A stretch of DNA of 64,000 nt from a virus: the UHGV virus genome UHGV-0343432; one strand, 5' to 3'. Positions 17,587 through 27,275 of this stretch are shown here, in pieces (the first letter of the stretch is position 1; each line of letters opens with the position of its first letter). The position numbers and the translations under genes are program-made. Under the pieces are notes generated by a model. The model ran no database searches. It worked only from the letters and a program-made list of their open reading frames with translations, and had not been told where the DNA came from.

Positions 17587-18169
17587 ATTCTAAAATCTCG
17601 TTAATGGTTACCTGAACCAAACCCATACTGACCAGGTTATCATGGAATGGGCCAATAGCTGTAGCTTTCATATATTGGGTTTGGTCCCAGATATCTTGGT
17701 CAGTATTCATATATTCTGAGATACCCTCTGGGTCGATGTAGTATTCGGATTCTTTGATATTGTTTACCCAACCATTTACCAATTCCTCTTTACCCAATCC
17801 CTGGTACTGGTAAATCATCTGTGCAACCTGTTCGCAGAAATCCGGAACATAATCAAAGAATGAATCATCCCCATGGGCACTAGGTAATACTTCTTCTCTC
17901 ATATATACCAGAGCCTTTTGAATATCAGCTTTAAATAAAGCCATAACTTCACCCATTGTCTCAGCCTCATATATGGCTTTATAAATACTTCCTATCTCCC
18001 CTAGATGAAAATTGTATTTCTTTTCCAGAATCTCTTCTACCTTATCGGATAATTCTTGTTCTTTGGGATCACTACTGAAGTGGTCAAAGATTTGTTTCCA
18101 ATTATCCCCAATGTATTTATCCGGTGTAAACTCTCCTACTGGAGAACTGATTGTAACTGTTAATTCCAT
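17576..18169 (-). CDS. hypothetical early protein (paralog of 14060..14563)
   Basis: AHGDDSFFDYVPDFCEQVAQ vs ASGDDEVMDYIPDLVSQYFQ. Confidence 0.4.
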   Translation of the reverse strand: MELTVTISSPVGEFTPDKYIGDNWKQIFDHFSSDPKEQELSDKVEEILEKKYNFHLGEIGSIYKAIYEAETMGEVMALFKADIQKALVYMREEVLPSAHGDDSFFDYVPDFCEQVAQMIYQYQGLGKEELVNGWVNNIKESEYYIDPEGISEYMNTDQDIWDQTQYMKATAIGPFHDNLVSMGLVQVTINEILEYGK

Positions 18170-18173
18170 AGTT

Positions 18174-18500
18174 TTATTCGTTTTCTAAAAGTGTGAAATA
18201 ATCATTTGATAACTGATCCCATTCTCGGTGTAACTCCTCGTAAGGAGTACCCATTCTTACTGAACCCTTAATTACTGCATTTAAGAGTTCTCTGTTCTTG
18301 AATAGGAATTCTTCCATTTGGTTCCTTACTTGATTTTTCAGGGGTTGAACAGCCTCTTCCAAATCTTCTATAAATACCCTGATACTAGGGTAATCACGAG
18401 AACTCAATGGGTTCCTATTCATATCAAGGAAATCAGTTAACTCGTTATATAACCCTATTACTTGTTGGGTTCTTAACTTAAATTCTTTCTCTAACTCCAT
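18174..18500 (-). CDS. hypothetical early protein
   Basis: ORF track; preceded by promoter copy 2. Confidence 0.35.
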   Translation of the reverse strand: MELEKEFKLRTQQVIGLYNELTDFLDMNRNPLSSRDYPSIRVFIEDLEEAVQPLKNQVRNQMEEFLFKNRELLNAVIKGSVRMGTPYEELHREWDQLSNDYFTLLENE

Positions 18501-18524
18501 AATTAAATATTTTATTTATTATTA

Positions 18525-18575
18525 ATATTGCAAATATAATATCCTGTTATCTCATTTGCAAATCCTTAATTACCG
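18525..18575 (-). promoter_or_regulatory. conserved early promoter copy 2
   Basis: minus strand GGTAATTAAGGATTTGCAAAT-N-GGATATTATATTTGCAATATT. Confidence 0.55.
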
Positions 18576-18578
18576 GAT

Positions 18579-19055
18579 TTACTTATTCAGTGATACCCCT
18601 TCTGAGTAATCAATGGACCAAACATAAATGGTTTGATCAGTGACATTCTCAAGCTTGGCGTAATTATCTCCATTACCATCAATAATCCAAGGGAAATCAA
18701 TAGGTGAGAATCTCACTTCCACTTCCCAAGATGTTTTCCCGAGTTCCTGACCCAAGAGTTGTATGGTATCCTTTCTTATGGTTACCATGATAAACGGGAA
18801 GCTCTGTTTGAGCTTAGCGTAACTCAATACCCTAGAGAATGCAGCCTTAGCCGATTTAATCTCAGTTTCACCATTTACCATAAGTCCCGGGTTTATCTGG
18901 TAAGTGGAGATGTTCATTTTGATGTGTGGCTCATCTTGTTCACTTATCCGGAAGAATACGGTTTGTACCCCATCCGCTGCCATCATGATTAAAACCTGGT
19001 TAACAATGCTCTTCAAATCTCCATTAAAATCCATTTCAGTAATTCTTGTTTCCAT
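18579..19055 (-). CDS. hypothetical early protein
   Basis: ORF track. Confidence 0.35.
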   Translation of the reverse strand: METRITEMDFNGDLKSIVNQVLIMMAADGVQTVFFRISEQDEPHIKMNISTYQINPGLMVNGETEIKSAKAAFSRVLSYAKLKQSFPFIMVTIRKDTIQLLGQELGKTSWEVEVRFSPIDFPWIIDGNGDNYAKLENVTDQTIYVWSIDYSEGVSLNK

Positions 19056-19089
19056 AACCTAAATTCTCTTTAATTATTAATATTTTATT

Positions 19090-19150
19090 TATGCAAATAT
19101 AAAAAAACCCAAGTTGCTAATGCAAATCTTGGGTTTCCTAATTAACCTTC
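19090..19150 (-). promoter_or_regulatory. conserved early promoter copy 3 with terminator hairpin embedded in spacer
   Basis: minus strand GATTTGCAT...TATATTTGCAT; spacer holds AAACCCAAG/CTTGGGTTT hairpin (19105-19136) followed by T-run. Confidence 0.5.
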
Positions 19151-19156
19151 CAGTAG

Positions 19157-19522
19157 TTACTCCATCTCTATCAAATCTGCCCGCATACCCTCGTAAATCA
19201 GGTAGGCTATAATTAACAGGTAACTGATATTCTTCCTTTTCCCATATCTTTCAAGGTCAAGGGCATACATCGTATTTAACCCAGTAGTGGTAAACATGTC
19301 CTCATTAACATCATAAGAACCCCTTGCACCTACCTCTGAGTTAACCTCATCCCAGTTAACATCTTCAATTGGCTCTGTGATTCCCAATACTTGGTCAATA
19401 TCCTGAATTAATACTTCCCTGAGGTAATAATTACCGGCATCATCTCGGTATAACATACCTGTATCTCGAAGGTACCATTGTACCTTGAGTAATTGTTTTC
19501 CTTTGAATTTCTTAATCGCCAT
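19157..19522 (-). CDS. hypothetical early protein
   Basis: ORF track. Confidence 0.35.
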   Translation of the reverse strand: MAIKKFKGKQLLKVQWYLRDTGMLYRDDAGNYYLREVLIQDIDQVLGITEPIEDVNWDEVNSEVGARGSYDVNEDMFTTTGLNTMYALDLERYGKRKNISYLLIIAYLIYEGMRADLIEME

Positions 19523-19835
19523 ACGTTTCTTTGTCTATGATTTGAAATAACCCTAATTGTGGATGTACTGATATTGTGACATTTCTACCCTGAAGTTTGA
19601 GGCCCTTGTATTGGTTCAAGAACTGTGTGATACCATTTTCCCTTTCAACCTGAATCATGATTTTATCCCTAATAAAACCACTTTCAGTCACAGATTCTCT
19701 TAGCAGATTCCCCATTACCAAAGTTGATAGCTCTTCATTTACACTGATATACCAGGGCTCATCTCCTAATACAGGAACCCTGTTAATCTCCTGAAATTCG
19801 ATAGCCTGGTTAATAATTTCCTCTCTCGTGACCAT
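19512..19835 (-). CDS. hypothetical early protein
   Basis: ORF track. Confidence 0.35.
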   Translation of the reverse strand: MVTREEIINQAIEFQEINRVPVLGDEPWYISVNEELSTLVMGNLLRESVTESGFIRDKIMIQVERENGITQFLNQYKGLKLQGRNVTISVHPQLGLFQIIDKETYGD

Positions 19836-19907
19836 TTTACCTAGTTTTAATTAAAAAGGAGTAGAGAATTAACTCTACTCTTAATGCAATATTCTCACTA
19901 GAAAACT

Positions 19908-20372
19908 CTATTGGGATACTGTTTTTGCATATTCTCCAAGTATATGCAACAGGAGAATCAAATTATCAATCCCCTCTGCATCCTCTACACTTTGTATACC
20001 GAACATGTTTTTCACGATAACCATGGCGTAACTCCTACCCTTGGTTTGGATGTAGGTCATAATCTCTGTTTGCAATTCTTGTAGGAATTCCCTTAAATTC
20101 TGGAGTTGATTGTCATCTACCCAAACTGATATCCTCCTTGATTGATAGTTAACCATACATGACCAAGGTGCCAACATGTTCAAGGATCTGATACATTCTT
20201 CAAAAGACCAATTATCCGGAAAGGCACCTGCCAATAAATCTACCACGTTCATAATCCCTGAAGGTTGGCTCGGATCGGAGATATCAAACTTCTCTCCATT
20301 GGCTATGAACTCTGTAGTTCCCAATTTATTGAGGAAGTGTTGTACTTCCTCAAAATTCAAAACCTTCACCAT
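19908..20372 (-). CDS. hypothetical early protein
   Basis: ORF track. Confidence 0.35.
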   Translation of the reverse strand: MVKVLNFEEVQHFLNKLGTTEFIANGEKFDISDPSQPSGIMNVVDLLAGAFPDNWSFEECIRSLNMLAPWSCMVNYQSRRISVWVDDNQLQNLREFLQELQTEIMTYIQTKGRSYAMVIVKNMFGIQSVEDAEGIDNLILLLHILGEYAKTVSQ

Positions 20373-20374
20373 AT

Positions 20375-21013
20375 TTACTCATTTACCTGGATTAGTTGTT
20401 CAATAATACATCTCAACCGGCAAAGCAGATCTGTCATTTGCTCGGAATTCTTGGCTGTCCAAGAATAATTGTCCATAACCCATCTCCGGTGTTTGTGATA
20501 TACCGTCAAGCAAGTAATCATCTCACCTATGGCAAGAACTGAATACTCTACGGGAGCCAAAAACTCAAAATGCAGGATAGGTCTCGGTGATTGAGAACCT
20601 TCTACCTGACGATATGAGATCGTGAATGGGTCTTGGTCCATGAGAATCAATTCCCAAGGCAAATCAGATATCTGTTTCCAGAAATCTTCTTGGAATTGTC
20701 CCAGTGTTTCACTGGCAATCACTTCGTCCAAACCTGTTCTCTTTGCTTTTTGTTTTGCTTGAAGAGTTCTCATAGCCGATAACGTGATAGCATCAATCGA
20801 CATAACCAGAGTTTTCTTCTCTTCGTGAACCTCTTCCTGTACTGGTTGTTCTGGACCTTTCTCTTGAACTGGAGCACCCACGATTGGGTCTCCAGTTTTC
20901 GGGTCATAAACTACTTCTGTGTGTTCTGCGGGTTTCATGGTGAGTTGTTCCTGGTTTAATCCTTGAACTACTGCCTCTCCTGCATCTGTTTTAATTCTTC
21001 TTGATTTTGCCAT
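20375..21013 (-). CDS. hypothetical early protein
   Basis: ORF track. Confidence 0.35.
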   Translation of the reverse strand: MAKSRRIKTDAGEAVVQGLNQEQLTMKPAEHTEVVYDPKTGDPIVGAPVQEKGPEQPVQEEVHEEKKTLVMSIDAITLSAMRTLQAKQKAKRTGLDEVIASETLGQFQEDFWKQISDLPWELILMDQDPFTISYRQVEGSQSPRPILHFEFLAPVEYSVLAIGEMITCLTVYHKHRRWVMDNYSWTAKNSEQMTDLLCRLRCIIEQLIQVNE

Positions 21014-21056
21014 TTTCTTAACTATTTAATTGTTATATAACATGGGTAATTAGTTC

Positions 21057-21578
21057 CTAAGCATCTCCTTTTAGTTTCATGTTTCCAATGATAGGGAGTT
21101 TAATACTCATTATCCCATCTATCCACTGTTGAGCTATCCCATCTGTGAGCATTTCAGTTAAGTCCTTGATTTCATCCATACCCATCTGTTTAGTCTCATA
21201 GTGAATGTCATGGAATACCGGTAAAGCTCTCAGTATCAGAGACTGGTTCTGGGTCCTTCCTATAACCTCTTTCATAGCAGCGAGAGTTGTCAGGGAAATA
21301 TCCACTTCATCTTTTCTGGATTCTACCATCTCTTTCATGTCCATCCCAATACCCCTGACGGCATTACAGATATCTTTATCTATTTCCTCAGACCTGCAAT
21401 TTGTTCTGAAATACTGCCTGAATATATTTATCACGGCAGTATTAATAATTGATTGTATTAAACCCGGTTCTAATACTCCGGCTTCTATCAGGGTTTGGAG
21501 TTTATTCAATTCCTTTACATCTTCCAATGTCATGGATTCTCCTAGCATTTTCCCTACCAATTGTTTTTTATCGCTCAT
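21057..21578 (-). CDS. hypothetical early protein
   Basis: ORF track. Confidence 0.35.
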   Translation of the reverse strand: MSDKKQLVGKMLGESMTLEDVKELNKLQTLIEAGVLEPGLIQSIINTAVINIFRQYFRTNCRSEEIDKDICNAVRGIGMDMKEMVESRKDEVDISLTTLAAMKEVIGRTQNQSLILRALPVFHDIHYETKQMGMDEIKDLTEMLTDGIAQQWIDGIMSIKLPIIGNMKLKGDA

Positions 21579-21813
21579 CTCTTTTGGCTTTTAATTTAAT
21601 GTAATCTTCTTCGGTTACCTCTGAGCAACCTGTAATCTCAACTCTATTACTCACCGGAGCAAACTTGGTTGTGGTTTCCAACATAATCTCGTTCTCCACA
21701 TCCTTAACGTTTACCATTGGATGTTCTCCATCCGTCTCAGTGTAAAACACGTGCATTGATTTAACTCCCTTGTAGGTGATAACCCTAGCGAAAATCATAA
21801 AATACCGTTTCAT
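21568..21813 (-). CDS. hypothetical early protein
   Basis: ORF track. Confidence 0.3.
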   Translation of the reverse strand: MKRYFMIFARVITYKGVKSMHVFYTETDGEHPMVNVKDVENEIMLETTTKFAPVSNRVEITGCSEVTEEDYIKLKAKRDER

Positions 21814-22217
21814 AATCCTTTCTCTTGTTCTTCTTCTATTGTGGTGAATACTTTAGTCTGTGTTCTCAATACTGTCCATTCAATGGGCATACCCTTAGTA
21901 TCTAGCATGAACCTAGCCCAATACTGGTTTATCAGTAATATATCCATGGGCTCAATCTTCGAGAACTTCTCCATAAATTCTTCGAAGTTGTTCATGATAT
22001 TCTGGGATAGCTCCTCGTTCTTTCCAAAGTGCTTATGTAACTCTTGTTTAAGGAGTTTCATAGCCTGAATCTGGAACTGTTTCCCAGTTGCCTTCAATTG
22101 ACCATTCCAGATGTTCGTGTTTTTCAGGTCATCCAACTTATCCATTAATAAACTGGATACCAGAACAAGCACCATGTAAGACGATGCTTGTTCCATTGAT
22201 ATTTTCTCAGTTGCCAT
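21810..22217 (-). CDS. hypothetical early protein
   Basis: ORF track. Confidence 0.35.
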   Translation of the reverse strand: MATEKISMEQASSYMVLVLVSSLLMDKLDDLKNTNIWNGQLKATGKQFQIQAMKLLKQELHKHFGKNEELSQNIMNNFEEFMEKFSKIEPMDILLINQYWARFMLDTKGMPIEWTVLRTQTKVFTTIEEEQEKGL

Positions 22218-22563
22218 AAGATTTGCCTTTCTTTTGCATATTCTTCTTTTGGCCCTCTACCATTTCCGGGTCATAATTCTTAACCTTCTCTCTCAAAACC
22301 ACTATATGAGTTTTGTACAGTGACTTCCATAAGCACTCTGGTAATGGCCTGAAAGAGTTCTCGGAGATTTTCTCCCATTTAGCCCTCAATGAGTTAATGC
22401 AAAACCTATATGTACTCATATCCTGCATAGCATCAAAGTTTCTCACCAGGTCATCAAAATCCTTCTTTAAATCATCCACGAAATTGTTATACGGGAAATG
22501 TTCTGTGTTCTCTAAATTGTACTTCCCTAAATACTCTCTAACTTCCATGTACCTTACCTCCAT
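22207..22563 (-). CDS. hypothetical early protein
   Basis: ORF track. Confidence 0.35.
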   Translation of the reverse strand: MEVRYMEVREYLGKYNLENTEHFPYNNFVDDLKKDFDDLVRNFDAMQDMSTYRFCINSLRAKWEKISENSFRPLPECLWKSLYKTHIVVLREKVKNYDPEMVEGQKKNMQKKGKSYGN

Positions 22564-22859
22564 TAAGCTAAATATTTCTCTTGCAATTCTTTTAACTCCT
22601 TTTTCGCCAAACGTAACTCTTTTGCATCCTCTCCTCCTGAAGCCCGGAATACCCTGAGTTCAGCCTTCTCAATTTTATTCCGAACCTTTTGCCGGTAAGA
22701 CTTCCTTTGAACCGTGTCAATCATACCCTTTGGGTACTTGTACCGGAGTTCTTTTCTCACCATAACTTCCTTAACCACTTCGAGTTCCATCTTCTCTTTT
22801 GCATTCTCAGGTTGTTTAACCTCTTTAACTTCCTTTTGTTCTTTAACCTTTGTCTTCAT
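22563..22859 (-). CDS. hypothetical charged coiled-coil protein
   Basis: K/E-rich. Confidence 0.35.
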   Translation of the reverse strand: MKTKVKEQKEVKEVKQPENAKEKMELEVVKEVMVRKELRYKYPKGMIDTVQRKSYRQKVRNKIEKAELRVFRASGGEDAKELRLAKKELKELQEKYLA

Positions 22860-22898
22860 AACTAACTCATTTTTAATTATTAATATTTATTATTAAAA

Positions 22899-22958
22899 TG
22901 CAATGCAAATATATATTCCCATTTGAACAAATGCAAATCTTTAATTTCCCGATTAACC
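22899..22958 (-). promoter_or_regulatory. conserved early promoter copy 4
   Basis: minus strand AGATTTGCATTTG...ATATATATTTGCATTGCATTT. Confidence 0.5.
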
Positions 22959-23162
22959 CTCCTTGAAGAAGGATGCAATTATATAAAATATAGTCCCCAA
23001 TACAAAAACGATTATTGTCAGGATACATCCAAGTTTGTCATCTGCCTTTTGCTTTTCTCTTTTGGCTCTCTGTTCTGGAGTATCGAAGAACCCATCTCTT
23101 TTTCCCTTAAGTATTTGGATAAGAATCCAAGCTACTACTATCGCTATTATTAATATAAACAT
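22953..23162 (-). CDS. small two-TM membrane protein
   Basis: MFILIIAIVVAWILIQIL...CILTIIVFVLGTIFYIIASFF. Confidence 0.35.
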   Translation of the reverse strand: MFILIIAIVVAWILIQILKGKRDGFFDTPEQRAKREKQKADDKLGCILTIIVFVLGTIFYIIASFFKEG

Positions 23163-23173
23163 GGTCTTTGTTT

Positions 23174-23464
23174 TTAACGTTCTGCAAATTCTACCTGTGT
23201 TATGGCCAGGGTTCTATTCTCTTTATCCCAAGCCCAAGCTAATTCCCTGAATAACCCATTGTCCCTCAATTTGATTCTTAAAACATTTTCTTGAACCCCA
23301 TTTAGTTTCTTGAATTTAATCAGGTTGGTCACTACCTCTACATCAACTATTTCCCCATCCAAACAGGTAATCATACCATGTTTAAATTCTGATGTATCAA
23401 TTATCTCATCGAGTAAACTACTCAATATTTCATCCAATACTGCGTTTCCAGTTGTCCCTTTCAT
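23174..23464 (-). CDS. hypothetical early protein
   Basis: ORF track. Confidence 0.35.
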   Translation of the reverse strand: MKGTTGNAVLDEILSSLLDEIIDTSEFKHGMITCLDGEIVDVEVVTNLIKFKKLNGVQENVLRIKLRDNGLFRELAWAWDKENRTLAITQVEFAER

Positions 23465-23820
23465 AAGCCTAGGTATTTTTCTAGTTCTTCTTGTTCTTTT
23501 AACTCACGTAATTGCTTTCGAGTTGTAACTCGTTTACTTTGAAGCTCTTTAATTTGCCGTTGCAAATCCTCAATTCCAGCCTCAATATCGTAGGGGTCAT
23601 TACCATCAACTGAAACTCCGGTGTAAGTTTGACCCTTCGGAACCTTGATACCATAATCTGATAAACTCTTATCTCGGTAATCATAGGGGAGTGTGATTCT
23701 CCCGTACTTTGGAGGATTATCCCTTCTCTCTGCTTTCTTGTTCTCATGCACTCCATTTATTACGGTTATACCTGTGGCTATAGTTAATACTATAGCCCAT
23801 TTCAAAACTAATTTTCCCAT
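23461..23820 (-). CDS. hypothetical protein with N-terminal TM anchor and coiled coil
   Basis: MGKLVLKWAIVLTIATGITVING... Confidence 0.35.
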   Translation of the reverse strand: MGKLVLKWAIVLTIATGITVINGVHENKKAERRDNPPKYGRITLPYDYRDKSLSDYGIKVPKGQTYTGVSVDGNDPYDIEAGIEDLQRQIKELQSKRVTTRKQLRELKEQEELEKYLGL

Positions 23821-24245
23821 CTCTCAACTACCAAGATTAAATCTCCGGCAAATACTACGTCAACCCCGAGTTCAAAGAAATCTGATATCCCCCTTTGACA
23901 ATAACTCTCATCAAAACCCAATAACTCATCTCCGGCAAATTTATCATCTGTTGCCATAAAAGCCCAGACGTGGCAACCCGTGTAATTGTCAACCGTTACA
24001 AAGGAGTTGAAGTTACAGAGTTCCCAATCTTTTTCTTTGAACCACTTATAAAACTGCCTCCATTTGGGGTTTACCTGTTGCAACCTCCCTTCAATGAGAG
24101 CCCAACCTGTAATGTATTCCCATAACCCAGTTCGATTCTGAGAATCATTCATGATAAAACTCCTAATAGCCTGTACAGGAGCTTTTTGTGCCTGTTTTAA
24201 CCTTAACTCGTGTAAATTCTCTAGTTCCTTACTCATTGTACTCAT
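23808..24245 (-). CDS. hypothetical early protein
   Basis: ORF track; preceded by promoter copy 5. Confidence 0.35.
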   Translation of the reverse strand: MSTMSKELENLHELRLKQAQKAPVQAIRSFIMNDSQNRTGLWEYITGWALIEGRLQQVNPKWRQFYKWFKEKDWELCNFNSFVTVDNYTGCHVWAFMATDDKFAGDELLGFDESYCQRGISDFFELGVDVVFAGDLILVVERWEN

Positions 24246-24261
24246 TTTTAATTATTATTAA

Positions 24262-24318
24262 ATGCAATGCAAATATAATATTCTCTGATTTCCCAAGCAA
24301 ATCCTTAATTACCAGATT
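24262..24318 (-). promoter_or_regulatory. conserved early promoter copy 5
   Basis: minus strand GGTAATTAAGGATTTGCTTGG...ATATTATATTTGCATTGCATTT. Confidence 0.5.
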
Positions 24319-24328
24319 AACATGAAAA

Positions 24329-24350
24329 GAGGCCCATTTTACTGGGCCTC
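24329..24350 (-). terminator. hairpin terminator overlapping stop of 24339..24749
   Basis: GAGGCCCA-tttta(c)-TGGGCCTC, minus-strand tail TTTTCATG. Confidence 0.45.
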
Positions 24351-24749
24351 CGGTTTTAAACCAAGTTTAAAGTCAAAAGTCAAAAGCTTATCCCTGGCCC
24401 TCTCTGGTAAGAAGATTTTCTCCCACCATTTCAGTTTCGTGTGGAAGTAATCTAGTATTGGTTTTTGGTTTTTCAATATAACTTTATGTAATAGTGAAAA
24501 TTCTTTACTAGATAAGTCATGCATTATATTTGCCATAGCCCCAGTATTGATTCCCAATTTAGTGTATAAACTGATAGAGTCAAGGTTGAGGTCTGTCCAA
24601 TCATCTATCGTTATTCCCGGGATCATTATCGTTACTGATTTACCCAAAACTTTCTTGTTGGCTGCAGCTATGGCCTGAGCGAGTGTCTTTATTATAGTGA
24701 GTTCATCTTTATCAAATGGAGCTCTACTCTTCATCTTCGTCATTGGCAT
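24339..24749 (-). CDS. hypothetical early protein
   Basis: ORF track. Confidence 0.35.
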   Translation of the reverse strand: MPMTKMKSRAPFDKDELTIIKTLAQAIAAANKKVLGKSVTIMIPGITIDDWTDLNLDSISLYTKLGINTGAMANIMHDLSSKEFSLLHKVILKNQKPILDYFHTKLKWWEKIFLPERARDKLLTFDFKLGLKPEAQ

Positions 24750-25530
24750 AATTCTCGAGTTGTTTTAGTGGTTGTGATGTCTGTACCCATTTGTACCATC
24801 TCAGGTAGAACGGAGTGGGTTCTTTCTCGGGATCTCTCTCCATATCCCTGTATTCCCTACGGAATCTCTCTTTCTCTTTCTCACTCATGAATTCCGGGAA
24901 TATATGGAGTTTCTGAGTGGTGAATGATTCTTTGGCTTTTCCTGGTACTGGTATATCTAGGTTGTTGGTTAGCTCTCCGAACTTGTAGAATTTCACTTCA
25001 TCCGACCTTTTCTTATAGATTTTAATACCCACTATGAGAGTCGGGTCAAATTTATCCAGCATGGGATTCTTAGACTCTTTGATTAACCGAACCATGTATT
25101 GGTATTTATCGGTTCTCCAATCCTCTTCTTCCCAGTTCACTTTCTCAAACCTTTCCATGTTATGGAGAAGGTCTCTGGTTACGAATACAAATCCCTGATT
25201 CCTTAGGTTTGAGATTAACTCATCCTGGTCTTTGCATTCAGTGATCATGTCCATCATTGACTCAACGTAGTCGTCTGAGTCAGATTCAATTTTCCCCACT
25301 TTTTTCTTTTCCTTCTTTGCTTCTAGTGGGAGCATACCGGATAACTTCTTGATATATGTTATCGCCCTTTCTACATCCTCTTGATTATCCATCGTAACCT
25401 CGATTCTCATGGGGCCATTGTGAGTAAACTTGGGTCCAGAGATTAATTCTGAACCCTGTTTGTATAGCTTATCTGAGATAAGCCTTGACTCTTCATCGAA
25501 AAGTTGAACTCTTATCTTTTTCTCTTCCAT
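24724..25530 (-). CDS. hypothetical early protein
   Basis: ORF track. Confidence 0.35.
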   Translation of the reverse strand: MEEKKIRVQLFDEESRLISDKLYKQGSELISGPKFTHNGPMRIEVTMDNQEDVERAITYIKKLSGMLPLEAKKEKKKVGKIESDSDDYVESMMDMITECKDQDELISNLRNQGFVFVTRDLLHNMERFEKVNWEEEDWRTDKYQYMVRLIKESKNPMLDKFDPTLIVGIKIYKKRSDEVKFYKFGELTNNLDIPVPGKAKESFTTQKLHIFPEFMSEKEKERFRREYRDMERDPEKEPTPFYLRWYKWVQTSQPLKQLENYANDEDEE

Positions 25531-25533
25531 ATC

Positions 25534-25908
25534 TTAATACTTTTTCTTGTTAATCACTTTGAAATCTTTAGAACATCCCTCTCTCCATATGATAAATATG
25601 GCCTGGTCCTGGATCTCTGTCTCTATTATCCTAAACCATTTAGGATCATCCAAAGCTCCTCCCTTTTTCACACTGTAGGGAATTACCCATTCTCTTATAG
25701 GGTTTTTCTGAAATAATGGGTGGTTGGGTTTTATGGTATCAACTACCACTTCTTCCTTAACCTCATTATCTGACATAGAAGGGGACCATATCACATATCC
25801 CATTGTTAGTCCAATAATTAGGGATATTATCATCCCAATCGTTAATCCTGTTTTGTAACTCATGACTTTTGAAATTTGGTTTTGTAGACTGGTGAGAATC
25901 GAACTCAT
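25534..25908 (-). CDS. hypothetical protein with N-terminal TM anchor
   Basis: GLTIGMIISLIIGLTMGYVIW. Confidence 0.35.
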   Translation of the reverse strand: MSSILTSLQNQISKVMSYKTGLTIGMIISLIIGLTMGYVIWSPSMSDNEVKEEVVVDTIKPNHPLFQKNPIREWVIPYSVKKGGALDDPKWFRIIETEIQDQAIFIIWREGCSKDFKVINKKKY

Positions 25909-25995
25909 CTTTTAATCCAATCAGCCTTAGTATCATGAATGGCCAGTTCATTAATAAAATCCCTGGCCATTCTTTTGAATTATGAAGTTACCTAA

Positions 25996-26511
25996 TTAAT
26001 CTTCTTCTCCCTCTTCCTCTTCAACCTCTTTGTTTTCCTTTTTGGCTTTTTTCTTAGCCTTCTTATCGGCTTTGGTCTCTTTCGGTTGTTCTACCGGTTT
26101 CTCCTCTTTTTTAGCCTTTTTGGTTTTCTTCTCCTCTTTTTCCCCTTCTCCCTCTCCGGCTTCTGCCTTTGCAGCTTGAGCAGCTTCTCTTCTCATTTTA
26201 GCCCGGTATTTTTTACGTTCTGCTTTGTCATCCATCCCTTCCGGATAAGTGTATTTCTGAGCGAATGCAGATGAAGCCGGTTTCAATTCCTTGCAAGCTT
26301 CGTTGATTGCATCCAGGTTTTCTGAAGCGGCATCTACTGCCTTTTGCAATTTGTCGTGCTCTTTACGGATTTTCTTGTCTTCGATTTCTTCCGGGTCTTT
26401 GATACCGTTCTCTTTCTTAAACGTTCTCAACTCTGCTTTTGCAGTTTTCAGGGTTTCTTTTGCTTCTTCTTTAGCGGCTTTAGCCTCGTCGTAACTTTCA
26501 AACTTTTTCAT
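25996..26511 (-). CDS. highly charged Lys/Glu-rich low-complexity protein
   Basis: KKAKKEEKPVEQPKETKADKKAKKKAKKENKEVEEEEGEED. Confidence 0.35.
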   Translation of the reverse strand: MKKFESYDEAKAAKEEAKETLKTAKAELRTFKKENGIKDPEEIEDKKIRKEHDKLQKAVDAASENLDAINEACKELKPASSAFAQKYTYPEGMDDKAERKKYRAKMRREAAQAAKAEAGEGEGEKEEKKTKKAKKEEKPVEQPKETKADKKAKKKAKKENKEVEEEEGEED

Positions 26512-26606
26512 GGTATTAAAATTTAAATTAATTAATATTTCCTATCCTTTGTATTAACCATTAGTCCTTGACCTGGTTTTCGGTGTTCTAGATTCAATAA
26601 ATTATT

Positions 26607-26849
26607 TTAGTTTACCCATTTTAATGTTTTGGAATCAATATTACCCTTCTCTATTTGGAGATTTACCCATTCTGATGCTAAGTCAAATACTATATCCTCG
26701 TCATCTTCATCAAGTTTACCCTCATGCTCATTGATAAAGTTCTCTGATAGAGCTGTTATATTAACATCAGCTGTTTTTGATAAATATAACTCGGGAAATT
26801 CTCTAATCTCCCTGTCAAAATATTTAAAAGCCTGGGTTCTAAGTTCCAT
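26607..26849 (-). CDS. hypothetical acidic early protein
   Basis: ORF track; preceded by promoter copy 6. Confidence 0.35.
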   Translation of the reverse strand: MELRTQAFKYFDREIREFPELYLSKTADVNITALSENFINEHEGKLDEDDEDIVFDLASEWVNLQIEKGNIDSKTLKWVN

Positions 26850-26873
26850 AATCTCATTATTTTATTATTTTTA

Positions 26874-26925
26874 TTGCAATGCAAATATATAATCCTATTT
26901 GACTAAATGCAAATCTAATGTTTCT
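26874..26925 (-). promoter_or_regulatory. conserved early promoter copy 6 (overlaps 3' end of upstream gene)
   Basis: minus strand AGATTTGCATTTAG...GGATTATATATTTGCATTGCAATA. Confidence 0.5.
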
Positions 26926-27275
26926 GAGGTTTCTATTTTAACTATCTTATAGCTAAGTATTCCCAACCTATTCAAGAGATACCTAATCTCTGATTCTTTA
27001 AGGTGGTAAATATACATAACTCTCGGTTCTGCAGTAGTTCGAGGGATAATAACTTTATACAGGTCGCGTAGTGAGATTAATTTAACAAACTCATCTGTAT
27101 ATTGTTTCATCATTCTCAAGTACTGGTTACGCCGTTTCTGATAAGCCTCTCCACGAGTTCTTTGTCTCGGGTACTCCTCTTCAAGAGCTTTTATATTAGC
27201 TCTGATTTGTTGGATTTTACCAGCGATAATATCGGCTCGGTTAAATTCATTTAGCTCTAGTTCTTTTATTCCCAT
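26895..27275 (-). CDS. hypothetical early protein
   Basis: ORF track. Confidence 0.35.
   Translation of the reverse strand: MGIKELELNEFNRADIIAGKIQQIRANIKALEEEYPRQRTRGEAYQKRRNQYLRMMKQYTDEFVKLISLRDLYKVIIPRTTAEPRVMYIYHLKESEIRYLLNRLGILSYKIVKIETSETLDLHLVK

Noticed and set aside
18529-18540. TTGCAAATATAAT read on the plus strand as an E. coli-type extended -10 / TATAAT promoter
   Set aside because: All downstream genes are on the minus strand. On the minus strand the same element reads TATATTTGCA, which matches the Bacteroidota -7 consensus, with a TTTG -33 at the correct spacing.
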